A stretch of 53,445 nt of DNA. Origin: Kiritimatiellia bacterium. GTDB taxonomy: Bacteria; Verrucomicrobiota; Kiritimatiellia; RFP12; JBMNHG01. The translations under genes and the position numbers were made by a program. Below are positions 1 to 9,526 of the stretch, one piece after another (within the stretch, counting starts at the first letter, position 1; the number at the start of each line of letters is the position of its first letter). The DNA lies in contig JAZQOE010000154.1 in NCBI GenBank assembly GCA_045627705.1, forward strand, positions 1 to 53,445, written 5' to 3'. Below the pieces are notes generated by a model, which worked only from the letters and a program-made list of their open reading frames with translations, had not been told where the DNA came from and ran no database searches.

Positions 1-130
1 GGCGACCGCGCGGCGCGCCGTGTCGATGCTCGTTTCAATTCACGCCCCTGCGTGAGGGGCGACCGGCGCGGCGCGTGGGACGAGGCCGCCTCGATCGCGT
101 TTCAATTCACGCCCCTGCGTGAGGGGCGAC
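1..130 (-). CRISPR. Type I-C CRISPR array, leader-proximal end (truncated by the window edge)
   Basis: Two identical 32-bp repeats GTTTCAATTCACGCCCCTGCGTGAGGGGCGAC at 32-63 and 99-130 (minus strand GTCGCCCCTCACGCAGGGGCGTGAATTGAAAC, a hairpin repeat ending GAAAC) with a 35-bp spacer at 64-98. A possible repeat end GGCGAC at 1-6. Adjacent to cas2. Confidence 0.93.
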
Positions 131-323
131 CGCGAAAAAACTTTAAGTTATCGCGCTCCTTAACAATTTCCATGCCAATGAGGACAACATTATACCAAAA
201 ATCCTTCGATCTGGTCCCGGATAAGATTTCAAATATCAAAGATCAACGGCTCTAAATCCTTCGTTTTCCCGCGAACCTACCAGCGATGACATGTCAACTA
301 CAGGTTCGCGCACCCTTATTTCA
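131..323 (-). promoter_or_regulatory. CRISPR leader
   Basis: AT-rich non-coding stretch between the cas2 stop and the first repeat. Contains the inverted motif CGCGAACCT (270-278) / AGGTTCGCG (302-310), of the kind seen in I-C leaders. Confidence 0.75.
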
Positions 324-620
324 TCACAGAATCAAGTCATCGGTCATTGGATCAACCGTCGCCTTGGCGCCGAAGTGAACCACTTTTCCTTGATAGTTGT
401 TCCCGAGATTGTAGTATCGCAGGCTATCGGTTTCCGGTTCGCATATTGATTCCAGTCTGGCGCGCAAGGTTACCCATTGAACCCAGTCGACATGGCACTC
501 AAAGACGGAATTCTGCACTCGTATGCCCCAGTCTTCGCATACCTTGGCGATCCGCCGCAGCCGACGTCGACCTGCGACATTGACCGTACTCACATCATAG
601 CTCACCAGCATCAGCATCAT
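324..620 (-). CDS. cas2: CRISPR-associated endonuclease Cas2
   Basis: LVSYDVST...RRLRRIAKVCEDWGIRVQNSVFEC...DSLRYYNLG. 98 aa, GAGGTG RBS, directly after cas1. Confidence 0.96.
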   Translation of the reverse strand: MMLMLVSYDVSTVNVAGRRRLRRIAKVCEDWGIRVQNSVFECHVDWVQWVTLRARLESICEPETDSLRYYNLGNNYQGKVVHFGAKATVDPMTDDLIL

Positions 621-626
621 TTCACC

Positions 627-1652
627 TCACTTCATCAGAAACGGAGGATACGCGTCTATGTCGCCGCGCAAATGACGCGCCAAGAGAAGCGCCTGAGCAT
701 GCGGCAACAGCCCGACCGGCATCTTCTCTTTCAGAAACGGATGCTCGACCTGCTCCTGCTTTTTCTTCTGCCACGCCGCGAGCACCGTCTTGCGAGCATC
801 TTCGCTCATCTGTACTGCGCCCGATTCCGTCTGCTTAAAATCCCGACGCGATAGCTGCCGTAAGTTCACGAGAGAAAGCACCATCCTATCCGCAAGCGCT
901 GCACGGAATTCCTCCATCAAATCAAGCGCCAACGCAGGCCGTCCCGGACGAAGCTCGTGCAAAAATCCGATTTGCGGATCAAGCCCCACGCCCTCCAATG
1001 CTCCGCGGCATTCGTGCGCAAGAAGTGTGTACAAGTATGACAAAAGCGCATTCATCGGATCCATCGGCGGGCGACGATTGCGGGAAGCGATCGCAAAATC
1101 CTCGCGCTGCATGACCAACAGCTCATTGAAGCACCCGAAATAGGCTGCCGCCGCCTCGCCTTCCAAACCGCGAATGCGCGCCACATCCGGCAACGATTCC
1201 CGCACCCGCCGCAACACGTCCAGCTGAGCCGCCGCACCATTCGACAAAGCCTCCGTCTCTCCATGGTCGCGCATTCTGCGCATCAGCACCGACCGCGCAT
1301 TATAGAGTTTGCCGATTACGAAGCTCCGCGCAAGCTCGCCCTTCCGAGCCGCATCTTCATACGCCCTCACCTGTGCCAACCGCAGAAGAACATTCCCGGA
1401 AACCGGCCCCTCCACGCGCGCCAAAAACTTCCCGTGTTCGCTGAGCATCGAAACCGACACCCCTCGCTCGGCGCACAGATTGAGCAAATACGGACTGACC
1501 ATGACATTGCCGAAAGTCACGACACCCGACAAGGCATGAATCGGCAACCGCAACAACACCTGTTTTTCAAGCTCGACGACGACGGTCTCGCCTTCCTTTC
1601 TCAGGTAGGTGTTTTGGCGGGTTACGTAAAGCGTATTCAAGAGTTTCCTCAT
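627..1652 (-). CDS. cas1: Type I-C CRISPR-associated endonuclease Cas1
   Basis: MRKLLNTLYVT start; IRGLEGEAAAAYF, RNRRPPMDPMNALLSYLY, GLDPQIGFLH, LALDLMEEFR; C-terminal YPPFLMK typical of Cas1c. Confidence 0.97.
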   Translation of the reverse strand: MRKLLNTLYVTRQNTYLRKEGETVVVELEKQVLLRLPIHALSGVVTFGNVMVSPYLLNLCAERGVSVSMLSEHGKFLARVEGPVSGNVLLRLAQVRAYEDAARKGELARSFVIGKLYNARSVLMRRMRDHGETEALSNGAAAQLDVLRRVRESLPDVARIRGLEGEAAAAYFGCFNELLVMQREDFAIASRNRRPPMDPMNALLSYLYTLLAHECRGALEGVGLDPQIGFLHELRPGRPALALDLMEEFRAALADRMVLSLVNLRQLSRRDFKQTESGAVQMSEDARKTVLAAWQKKKQEQVEHPFLKEKMPVGLLPHAQALLLARHLRGDIDAYPPFLMK

Positions 1653-1653
1653 A

Positions 1654-2811
1654 TCACCACGTCGCACGCGCAACCGCCTCATCTACGCCCTCAAGCCGCG
1701 CTCCCGTATAATCGATCTCAACCGCCCCCTCGCCCGCAACGAGCTGCGCGATCCGATTGAGCACACACGCATCCATGCGGGTGATCGGCTTCTTCCCCGG
1801 AAGATACGGCCACGCGACCGGGGCAAGCATCAGCAGATTCCCTGCAGCGCATTGATCAAAGAGCTTGCCGCCCGGCTTATATAGCGGCGAAAAGCCCTTA
1901 TTGGCAAGGGTAATGACCTTCGCCCCCGCCTCGTACGCCCGCCGCGCGATCTCTTTTTCGCCATGGCTGATGCATGGGCTTACCAACACCGCGCCATGGG
2001 CTGCGGCCGCCAGCAGCGCCTCTGCCTTTTCCCGGAACTCAGCCGTCTCGACAGCCGGCGGCGCGTCTTTCAGCAACGAGCCGTCGCCCGCCTTGGCATA
2101 AGCGAAATACGCGCGCGAGCACTGAACCTGGAGCAGCTGCGGCGCGGCCAGAAGCGCCTGATTGTCGATCGCCGAAAAATACATTTCGATGTCTGCCACG
2201 GGGGATCTCCACTTCAAATCACGCAAAATGCGAAACAGTTCAGGATGCGCAAGTTTCTCGAACAACCGCCGCGGATTATCCCCCATATACGCAAGCCCCT
2301 GCGCTACCGCTTTCTCGTCAAAGAGAATCGTATCTACGAAGCCATCCGCAAACAGCCCCCGCCCTCTCACCGATTGCCCTCCGGCATCGATGCCGGAGCA
2401 CGCACCCATCTCCCTGGCGATCTTCGTCGCGCCGATCTTGAAGCCGCGCAACTGCTCGCCCAGCGGCTTCGCCATTCGCCGCTTCACGCGCAACACACCA
2501 TGAAGATGCTCAGGCATGATCTGAACCCCCAGCACCTCGATTTCCGGCGCAAACTCCGAGATGCGCTTGAAATGCCGCTCGATTGCCCGCCCCAATTCGC
2601 TCAAGAGAATTTCCGGGCGATCGACGGCTAGCCTTCCGAACAACGGCTTTGACCGATCATTGAGCACCAAGGTGATCAAATAGATGCCAGTGCCGAAATA
2701 ATCCCAATTGCGACAACGCCTACCCATGTGATGGATGGTATCGCGCATCCAGGCGCCGGTATCGGGATCGATATGCCACCCAGGCGGCGGGCTTGCAATC
2801 TCGCTTTCCAT
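1654..2811 (-). CDS. HUH/Y1 (REP-associated tyrosine transposase-like) domain fused to a C-terminal DprA/SMF-like (SLOG Rossmann) domain
   Basis: N-half: RR..WDY...GIYLITL, IMPEHLHGVL (HUH), LRGFKIGAT, FADGFVDTIL, YMGDNPRR (catalytic Tyr in Y-x3-NP). C-half: AIDNQALL..LQVQCSR, VLVSPCISHGEKEIARRA, GFSPLYKP, GNLLMLAP, ACVLNRIA resemble the DprA fold. ATG at 2811 has an AGGAG RBS. Confidence 0.75.
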   Translation of the reverse strand: MESEIASPPPGWHIDPDTGAWMRDTIHHMGRRCRNWDYFGTGIYLITLVLNDRSKPLFGRLAVDRPEILLSELGRAIERHFKRISEFAPEIEVLGVQIMPEHLHGVLRVKRRMAKPLGEQLRGFKIGATKIAREMGACSGIDAGGQSVRGRGLFADGFVDTILFDEKAVAQGLAYMGDNPRRLFEKLAHPELFRILRDLKWRSPVADIEMYFSAIDNQALLAAPQLLQVQCSRAYFAYAKAGDGSLLKDAPPAVETAEFREKAEALLAAAAHGAVLVSPCISHGEKEIARRAYEAGAKVITLANKGFSPLYKPGGKLFDQCAAGNLLMLAPVAWPYLPGKKPITRMDACVLNRIAQLVAGEGAVEIDYTGARLEGVDEAVARATW

Positions 2812-2818
2812 ATCGGGC

Positions 2819-3499
2819 TTAGCTCCTGACGATCTTATCGACTTCCTTCTCGATCCAATCTCGCGCCGAAAGCTTGCGCTCAAAGCACAGCTCTTTCAAT
2901 GAACAGGCATCGCAACATTTGGTGATCACAGGCGGGGGCGTAACACCAGAGGCGATCAGCTCATGGGCTTCGCGCGCCACCGATTCCGTAAGCGCCCTAA
3001 GCTCTTCGTCGAAGGCGATGACGGTACGCCGGCGCGGCTCGCCATAGAAAAGCGCGCCTTCCGGAATCGCCACACCGAGCATTTCCTCCAGACAAATCGC
3101 CTGCGCACAAAGCTGCACTTCGTCCGCCCGGTGCGCCTTCGGCTTGCCGCGCTTGTATTCGACGGGATACGGCTTCCACAGCCCCGCGCGCTTCGAGAGC
3201 GGCGCGGCAACGCGACGCCCTTCCGGATCGCAAGCCGATTCTACCCGGTGGAATTCGACCATATCGGCCACGCCCATCACGCCCAAGCGATGCGAAATGA
3301 GCCGAAGCGACGTCGCGACATGAACGTCGCGGCGCGTCTCGGCACACCCGCTGTCGACCCGCTCGTGCATGTTTCGCCCGGTCGCCGTGAGGTAATTTTC
3401 CGCCCATACGCCCTCAAGATGAATAAGCGCGCATTGACGTCGGCAGAACAGACAATGCTGCAATGCCGAAATCATCACCAGCTCGTCATCGGAATACAT
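2819..3499 (-). CDS. cas4: CRISPR-associated exonuclease Cas4
   Basis: ISALQHCLFCRRQCALIH, GVADMVEF, PVEYKRGKPK, QLCAQAICLEEM, C-terminal CxxCSLxxxC Fe-S cysteines. Confidence 0.95.
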   Translation of the reverse strand: MYSDDELVMISALQHCLFCRRQCALIHLEGVWAENYLTATGRNMHERVDSGCAETRRDVHVATSLRLISHRLGVMGVADMVEFHRVESACDPEGRRVAAPLSKRAGLWKPYPVEYKRGKPKAHRADEVQLCAQAICLEEMLGVAIPEGALFYGEPRRRTVIAFDEELRALTESVAREAHELIASGVTPPPVITKCCDACSLKELCFERKLSARDWIEKEVDKIVRS

Positions 3500-3581
3500 A
3501 GTGAGCGTCCATCGCGACACCCGACTCTCAGTTTTAGTTAAAAGTGAGAATGGGATAAATCTGTAATCTGCAAGGTCGGCC

Positions 3582-3612
3582 CCGCCGACGCCGCATCAGG
3601 CGGTATCGACGG
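3582..3612 (-). terminator. Stem-loop downstream of cas7 (terminator or mRNA stabiliser)
   Basis: Minus strand CCGTCGATACCGC-CTGAT-GCGGCGTCGGCGG, a ~13-bp stem with G-U pairs. No clear U-tract. Confidence 0.35.
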
Positions 3613-3631
3613 AACAAGACCAGATAGCCAA

Positions 3632-4483
3632 TTACATTTCAATGACCTCGACACCGGCAGGGATTGCCGCCTTGTCGATCGTCACCTCATAATCGGCAAA
3701 CGAACGCGGATAAACCACATCCGGCTTTTTGCAGACCTTCACGGCGTCAAACAACGAACTCGCGGACGCGGAACCAAGCTTCGACGAATGCTTGAAAACG
3801 ATCAATTTCTGCGTGGACATCAAGCCGCGCGTCGCCGAGCGATCAAGATCGAACATCTGCTTGAGCGCCTGCCAGAACAGCTCAAGATCCTTATCACCGA
3901 AACCGGTCTGATCGGCAAAGAAGGGATTGACGAATCCGTTCTCGCGATACAAGCCGTAGGGAATGGTGAACTTACGGCCCATCGTCCGATTGTCACCGCC
4001 CTGATCCTTCGCCTCCTTTTCTGTCGCGACTGCCATACGCGTAATGGCGTGTTCACTGGACAGAATGGGATCAACGGAACGGGCGAATGTCATCTGCACC
4101 GGTCCGCGAACCTGTCCGCAATTATACTCCTTCAGGCTCATCACCGCGCCGAAGGTGCGTACGTCAAAGAAGTTCTGACACATCCAGGTCTTCGCCTTCG
4201 CCGCATTGTCAGCCTTGTTCTCCAGCTTCAACGCCTCGTAGGCCTTCTTCTGCTGATTAGTGAGAACGGCTTTTTCCGTGACATAAATGTCGAATTCAGG
4301 TTCACCCGCTTTCGCAGCCTGCACGAAATTCCGGACCTTCCGTTTAAGGCAAACGTCCGTGACGAGACCGTGATTGGTCTCCGGGTCCACACGCGGCAGA
4401 TTGCCCGCATCAGGATCACCATTCGGATTCCCGTCCTTCACGTCAAAGAGAAGAACGAACTCATAACGATTTTCAATAGCCAT
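3632..4483 (-). CDS. cas7: Type I-C Cascade backbone Cas7/Csd2
   Basis: [74 protein letters not shown]. Confidence 0.97.
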   Translation of the reverse strand: MAIENRYEFVLLFDVKDGNPNGDPDAGNLPRVDPETNHGLVTDVCLKRKVRNFVQAAKAGEPEFDIYVTEKAVLTNQQKKAYEALKLENKADNAAKAKTWMCQNFFDVRTFGAVMSLKEYNCGQVRGPVQMTFARSVDPILSSEHAITRMAVATEKEAKDQGGDNRTMGRKFTIPYGLYRENGFVNPFFADQTGFGDKDLELFWQALKQMFDLDRSATRGLMSTQKLIVFKHSSKLGSASASSLFDAVKVCKKPDVVYPRSFADYEVTIDKAAIPAGVEVIEM

Positions 4484-4515
4484 TTTCATTTTCCTTTCGT
4501 TGTTATCCAATGAAA

Positions 4516-4911
4516 TCACTTCGCTTCGGACTCTGCTTCAACGTCATCCTTCTTGGTGAAGAAAGCGCGCATCTGCTGATAGTAGCCGAGCGCGAACGAA
4601 CCGCGTTCCTCGAGTGTCAGATTGGACGGAAAGCCCTTGACGGAATCGATGTCATCAAGTATCTCGCCAACAAGTTTCTCTCGAATGACCGCAAGCCCCT
4701 TCCACTCCCCTTCGAGCTTCTTGATCCACTTCTTGAAGAGATCAAGAATTGTCGGGAAGACGATTCTCGGTGTCGCCGACGCCGACGAATAGAATTTATC
4801 ACCGACGCCCGCGTTCACGCCGCCGGATGCCTCTTCCTGCGTCTTCTCAAGGGTCGCGAAAAGGCGGCCGAGAAGATATGCCGGATCCTTGTTTTCCGTG
4901 TTTAGACTCAT
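4516..4911 (-). CDS. cas11: Cas11 small subunit translated from an internal start within cas8c
   Basis: In-frame ATG at 4911 preceded by AAAGGAG (…AAAGGAGAACTCACG-ATG), giving [19 protein letters not shown]…, 131 aa. This is the known I-C arrangement. Confidence 0.75.
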   Translation of the reverse strand: MSLNTENKDPAYLLGRLFATLEKTQEEASGGVNAGVGDKFYSSASATPRIVFPTILDLFKKWIKKLEGEWKGLAVIREKLVGEILDDIDSVKGFPSNLTLEERGSFALGYYQQMRAFFTKKDDVEAESEAK

Positions 4912-6378
4912 CGTGAGTTCTCCTTTGTGTTGGTTGCGAATTAGAAATGCCTTGATGACAGATGCCTGAGCATAAGTTACCTTGGTGCCGACTCGGTACT
5001 TGCCTTTGTCGTCCGTATGACTTACATTCACGCGATTGAGAACGAGCTGAAAGACCGAAGTCGGATAGGGAGTCCCTTCGATCACGCTACGCAGCAGCGC
5101 TCCCGAAAGATGCGGCGGAATGTTCTTCGCCTCACGCGCGGTTTCAAGCAGAATCTGGCGCAGCGTAAGTCGATCCGGGTTTGAAGAAAATGTCTTTTCG
5201 ATACGCAAGGCATCATGATGCGCGCGAAGTTTCTCGACTAGATCCCCAAGTGTACTCACATGCCAGAAACGGATGACTATGCGGGCCGAATTGGGCTCGA
5301 TTCCGAGCATGAAGAACGGCGTATTCAGCTCTCGGACAAGCCCAGTGGCCTCGGGATCGTCAATTTTCCTGACGACATTCCAAAACGCCTTCATCCGCTG
5401 CAACTGAACAAGATCCATGCCTTCGTCTGAAGCCGGAGATTCGCCGATAATCCATGCAAGCACGTTCTCCGAATCTGTCTTCTTCTCGGTCCAGAACACC
5501 ACCGTCGTCTCGGCGAGCTTGATATGGTACTTCGGATTGGCGATCAGCTGATTCAGGGCATTGCATGATTTGAAACCGGCGACGATCGAAATCGGGGAAT
5601 TGAGCGTTTGCTCCTTTCCATACGACTCATAGGCGGCGGCATTGAAAGACGAAATGGCCCCGCCGCCGACAGAGGTTCCGGCAAGCTTGATCTTTGTTTC
5701 AATCGTCTGCGCGAGAGGGACATCATTATCTCCAGTCACGAGACAGTCTCCATGCGGAGCTTCGGAAAACTCTTCCGCAAATTCACGATCCCATGCGGCG
5801 AGAACATCGGGCGAATCGAAAACATACTTCGTTTCACCTTCAATACGAAACAGTCCGAAATTATCGGCGTATTGCTCAAGTTTTTGCCGTATGTCTTCAG
5901 GGATGGAATCAGGATTCCAATTTTCAAGAAACGCGCAAACAGCATCAAGCCCGGCGTTCTGAAGGGCATGCTTGGCGCGGAAGCGCTTGTGGTAGTCGCG
6001 ATAGGCGGGAAACAAAACCTCACGTGCCTTCGTCTTGTCCTTATCTTTCTTTTTCGACTTGTCTGTATAATAACCGAACATATAGGCGGAAGTGTCCCAC
6101 AGAAAACGCGGTGTAGCTGCGGAACCAGACGGGTGCGCCGATCCTGGCACAATGACTTCACGAGCAACCTGAACAATCTTCTCCTTACCGCCCTTCTTCT
6201 GCGGCGGTATAGTCTTGGTCACCTTCGCATCTTGGACATCTACGAGATTCCCCATCCTGTCCAGCACAACCTCAAAGGAAATATTCTGTTTGCTTCGACC
6301 TAATGTCGGCAAGGTGTCCTTGAACTCCTCGTCAAGTGCCATGCGGTCGTACAGCTTCACCAATTCGGAGAGAATCAT
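4516..6378 (-). CDS. cas8c: Type I-C Cascade large subunit Cas8c/Csd1
   Basis: [79 protein letters not shown]. Confidence 0.95.
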   Translation of the reverse strand: MILSELVKLYDRMALDEEFKDTLPTLGRSKQNISFEVVLDRMGNLVDVQDAKVTKTIPPQKKGGKEKIVQVAREVIVPGSAHPSGSAATPRFLWDTSAYMFGYYTDKSKKKDKDKTKAREVLFPAYRDYHKRFRAKHALQNAGLDAVCAFLENWNPDSIPEDIRQKLEQYADNFGLFRIEGETKYVFDSPDVLAAWDREFAEEFSEAPHGDCLVTGDNDVPLAQTIETKIKLAGTSVGGGAISSFNAAAYESYGKEQTLNSPISIVAGFKSCNALNQLIANPKYHIKLAETTVVFWTEKKTDSENVLAWIIGESPASDEGMDLVQLQRMKAFWNVVRKIDDPEATGLVRELNTPFFMLGIEPNSARIVIRFWHVSTLGDLVEKLRAHHDALRIEKTFSSNPDRLTLRQILLETAREAKNIPPHLSGALLRSVIEGTPYPTSVFQLVLNRVNVSHTDDKGKYRVGTKVTYAQASVIKAFLIRNQHKGELTMSLNTENKDPAYLLGRLFATLEKTQEEASGGVNAGVGDKFYSSASATPRIVFPTILDLFKKWIKKLEGEWKGLAVIREKLVGEILDDIDSVKGFPSNLTLEERGSFALGYYQQMRAFFTKKDDVEAESEAK

Positions 6379-7112
6379 CCCAGCACCTCCTTTCCTTTGA
6401 GAGCGGGGATTTCAATGACGCCATCCTTCATCATGGCTCGGAAGAAACGCGGTTCCGCAGTCAGCTTCCGCCCGGCATGCGACTCGATGATCGCCCCCTT
6501 CTTGTCTTCGCGGTAAATGAAATCGTGGAACATAAAGCCGAAGTCCTTGTCGCGAATGTCCAGCTGATCATCCGGAATCGGCTCGTCCTCCTTCAGCAAT
6601 CTGAACGAAACGGGGAATTCACGGCATCCGAAATAAGGCTGACGGAAACACTGCCCCGCCTCAGCGCGACGATTGAACATCGAAATGTGCTTCGCCTCGC
6701 AAGTAGCCAGATCGACTTTCTCGCCGTTCTTCTCAAGTGTTGGCGAAACCACGTTAAAATGAGCCTCGATGACATAGCCCACGTCCTTGAGCAGAAGTGA
6801 CGCACGTTGCTGCCGCTCGTCCTCCACCGACAGTACGATTGGATCGACCGGTTGCCCGGCGATCGCTTCGCGTGACGGAGCTACGGCGACCGCGCCCACT
6901 TCGTTCCGACGAACCGACGTAAAGCGGATGGGCTTCAGCACGTGAATGCGATCGATCACCCACTCGATCTCCGGCTTCCAATAGATTGACGATATGATCG
7001 CGCGCGCAGCCGAAGGCGTCATCACGTCATACGTCACGCGCTCCGCCTTCATCTCTGGTCGCGTGAACAGCGCGTAATCGCCCCACACATGCAATCGAAT
7101 TCCTTTTGCCAT
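6375..7112 (-). CDS. cas5: Type I-C Cas5 (crRNA-processing Cas5d)
   Basis: VWGDYALFTRPEMKAERVTYDVMTPSAAR, IRFTSVRRNEV, PYFGCREFP. ATGA overlap with cas8c. Confidence 0.97.
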   Translation of the reverse strand: MAKGIRLHVWGDYALFTRPEMKAERVTYDVMTPSAARAIISSIYWKPEIEWVIDRIHVLKPIRFTSVRRNEVGAVAVAPSREAIAGQPVDPIVLSVEDERQQRASLLLKDVGYVIEAHFNVVSPTLEKNGEKVDLATCEAKHISMFNRRAEAGQCFRQPYFGCREFPVSFRLLKEDEPIPDDQLDIRDKDFGFMFHDFIYREDKKGAIIESHAGRKLTAEPRFFRAMMKDGVIEIPALKGKEVLG

Positions 7113-7128
7113 TTACTTCTCCTTTCGT

Positions 7129-9429
7129 TTAAACCTGCAAGAAAATCTCCTGCGGTTCGGTCAACACACCGAACTCGTTTGAATAGTATTGCTCTGGCGA
7201 TGTCATCACCCAATAGCAATCATGAACCTTCTCCGCCAGAAGATTCCCGTTCTTGTCGATCGGCTCATTCCCGTAGAGCGACACAGAATACCGCTGCAGT
7301 TTCCTTGCGAGCTGTCTCTGCTCCGACGGCGCATAAGTCGCGCGCAGACGCTCACAGAGCGCGTGACCTTCATCGCCATAGGGGACGATAACCGAACAAT
7401 TGCACGTGTCGATCAGCTTGAACTTTTCGCCCAATTCACGGAACTTGAAGGCAAACATCTCATCCATAGTCGTCGGCCGCTTGCTCGGCAATAATCCGCC
7501 AAGCACATGATACTTGTCCATCCCCGCGTCATTTCCCTTTTGGACATCGGCATACAGCAGATTGAAGTATTTCGAAACTGACTCCTCTCCCAACATATTT
7601 TCCCAGCCATCGGCCAAGCCAAGCGTCTCACTTCCCTTCTGCGCCGCTACCAGCAAATACCCTCCTGGAATGTCATACTCGCTGCTTTCAAACACAACAA
7701 ACCTTCCATAACCCGGAAGACGCCCTTCCCGATTACAACGACCCGCCGCCTGCACAAGCGAGTCCACACCCGCGAGCTCTCGGCACACACACGGAAAATC
7801 TATATCCACGCCCGCTTCGATCAATTGCGTCGACACAAGCAGACAAGGTTCTCCCTTGGAAATGCTGTCTTTGACTTCTGCTAAGACATCCGAGCGATGC
7901 TGACCGCACATCTGCGCGCTTAAATGGCGTACCACCCGTTCGGCGAACCGCGTCCTCGCCTTCAGGTAAAGTTCTCGCGCATGGCGCCGCGTGCTGACGA
8001 TCACAAGTGCGCACGGCTCGTTTTCAAGCTCATCAAGAAGCTCGTCATCAGAAATCCTTCCTGGCACGCGCCTCGACTCGACCCGCTTCAGCCGCTTCTC
8101 AAGTCTTCGTTCTCCAGAAACGATATCCGTGACCCTGCAATCACCTTGCGCGAGCACCGCCGCGCCCAAAAGCGACTTGTCGAAGAAAACCGGCAACGTC
8201 GCCGTCGACAGGACAACTGACGATCCATAACGCACGACGAGTTCATTCAACGCCTTCAAGCACGGTTTCAGCAGGTCAGTCGGCAACCCCTGTGCCTCGT
8301 CAAGGACAACCACCGACCGAGCCAGGTTGTGAAGTTTGCGGCATCGAGAGGAACGGTTCGCGAAAAGCGACTCGAAGAACTGCACGTTCGTGGTGACGAC
8401 GATCGGCGCGTCCCAGTTTTCAGACGCCAACCGCAACCGTGGAGGCATTGAATCCTGATCAACATTGCAATGGTGTTCAAGAACATTGCCTTCTCCGAAG
8501 ATCTCGCGATAGACATCGGCAGTCTGCTCGATGATGCTCGTAAAGGGAATTACGACAATTACGCGACTAAGATCGTGTTTTACCGCATGCCGCAAGGCGA
8601 ACAGCATGGACGAGAGCGTTTTTCCACCACCCGTCGGAACGCGAAGCGTAAACAGTCCCGGATTCGATTCCGCTGCCGCACGGCAATCGGCTCTGACCTC
8701 GTTCCGGATGCGGACAACTTCCGAATCGTGCTCATTCGACTCGCGAACCTTTCGATCCATTTCCGCATATCGCCGTTCAAGTCGTCGCAACAGCTCTGCT
8801 ATGGGGGAACAAGCACCCCTCGCCCGGACAGATCCCCGCTCCTCGTCCATGAAGTCTTCGGTATCGAGAAAATCAGCATCGACAAGGGCGGAGTACAACA
8901 TCCGCAGATAAAACGATGGGACAAAGCCATCTTCAGGAAGAAGGAAGGACTTCGCCTCGCCACCCAATCGACGCATATCCACATCTACCTTGAACGGATC
9001 ATGTGCCGCGCTCAGACATTTTCCAAGACGCGAACTCAATGCACTTGCACTTCCTGAAGAAGAAACGCCATCAGGGATCCCAGAATGATGTCCTGCAGAA
9101 GCATAAGCGAGCAGACGCCCCAACCCTTTTATCGACCGATCAAGCCATTGAGCGCCCAAGGTCGAATGGTCCGGCCCACGTTTATGCGCAGGCGCACCTT
9201 CATCATCGTCCTCATCGCCAACGGTTTCATTAGATTCCTTCAAATACTTCTGGAACTCATCGGTCGCCTTACCCATGTCATGCACCAGGCCCAGCAGGCG
9301 CGCCGTTTCAGCGCAACCGAACGGGGCGGCGAATTTCGCAGCAAGTTCGGCAACATTGCGCGAATGCTCTTCGAGTGTCTGCCATTTTTCAGGCGGAAGT
9401 CCATTCTTGCTGTGTGCGTATGTCGGCAT
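7129..9429 (-). CDS. cas3: CRISPR-associated helicase/nuclease Cas3
   Basis: HD domain (AHS…HDMGK…HS…GHHSG…DADFLDT), Walker A PTGGGKT, DEAQ, TQLIEAGVDIDF, QAAGRCNREG. Confidence 0.97.
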   Translation of the reverse strand: MPTYAHSKNGLPPEKWQTLEEHSRNVAELAAKFAAPFGCAETARLLGLVHDMGKATDEFQKYLKESNETVGDEDDDEGAPAHKRGPDHSTLGAQWLDRSIKGLGRLLAYASAGHHSGIPDGVSSSGSASALSSRLGKCLSAAHDPFKVDVDMRRLGGEAKSFLLPEDGFVPSFYLRMLYSALVDADFLDTEDFMDEERGSVRARGACSPIAELLRRLERRYAEMDRKVRESNEHDSEVVRIRNEVRADCRAAAESNPGLFTLRVPTGGGKTLSSMLFALRHAVKHDLSRVIVVIPFTSIIEQTADVYREIFGEGNVLEHHCNVDQDSMPPRLRLASENWDAPIVVTTNVQFFESLFANRSSRCRKLHNLARSVVVLDEAQGLPTDLLKPCLKALNELVVRYGSSVVLSTATLPVFFDKSLLGAAVLAQGDCRVTDIVSGERRLEKRLKRVESRRVPGRISDDELLDELENEPCALVIVSTRRHARELYLKARTRFAERVVRHLSAQMCGQHRSDVLAEVKDSISKGEPCLLVSTQLIEAGVDIDFPCVCRELAGVDSLVQAAGRCNREGRLPGYGRFVVFESSEYDIPGGYLLVAAQKGSETLGLADGWENMLGEESVSKYFNLLYADVQKGNDAGMDKYHVLGGLLPSKRPTTMDEMFAFKFRELGEKFKLIDTCNCSVIVPYGDEGHALCERLRATYAPSEQRQLARKLQRYSVSLYGNEPIDKNGNLLAEKVHDCYWVMTSPEQYYSNEFGVLTEPQEIFLQV

Positions 9430-9526
9430 CGTCTTGTCCTTATCTTCTTGGCCTAGACATCAAGTTCACTGACACGATGGAGTGCCACAAACGGACTTCC
9501 GTTGCAATCGCTAAAGTTGAATCGGT

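Noticed and set aside
64-98. Spacer shares CCGCCTCGATCGC with ~20476-20488 (possible self-targeting)
   Set aside because: Only ~13 of 35 nt match in GC-rich DNA; compatible with chance.
52-255. 67-aa ORF over the CRISPR repeat and leader
   Set aside because: It translates repeat, spacer and leader sequence; not a gene.
1654-2811. Autonomous IS200/IS605 insertion sequence
   Set aside because: No tnpB, and only 7 and 1 nt of intergenic sequence, so no room for subterminal hairpin ends. Motifs fit the RAYT-like branch better.
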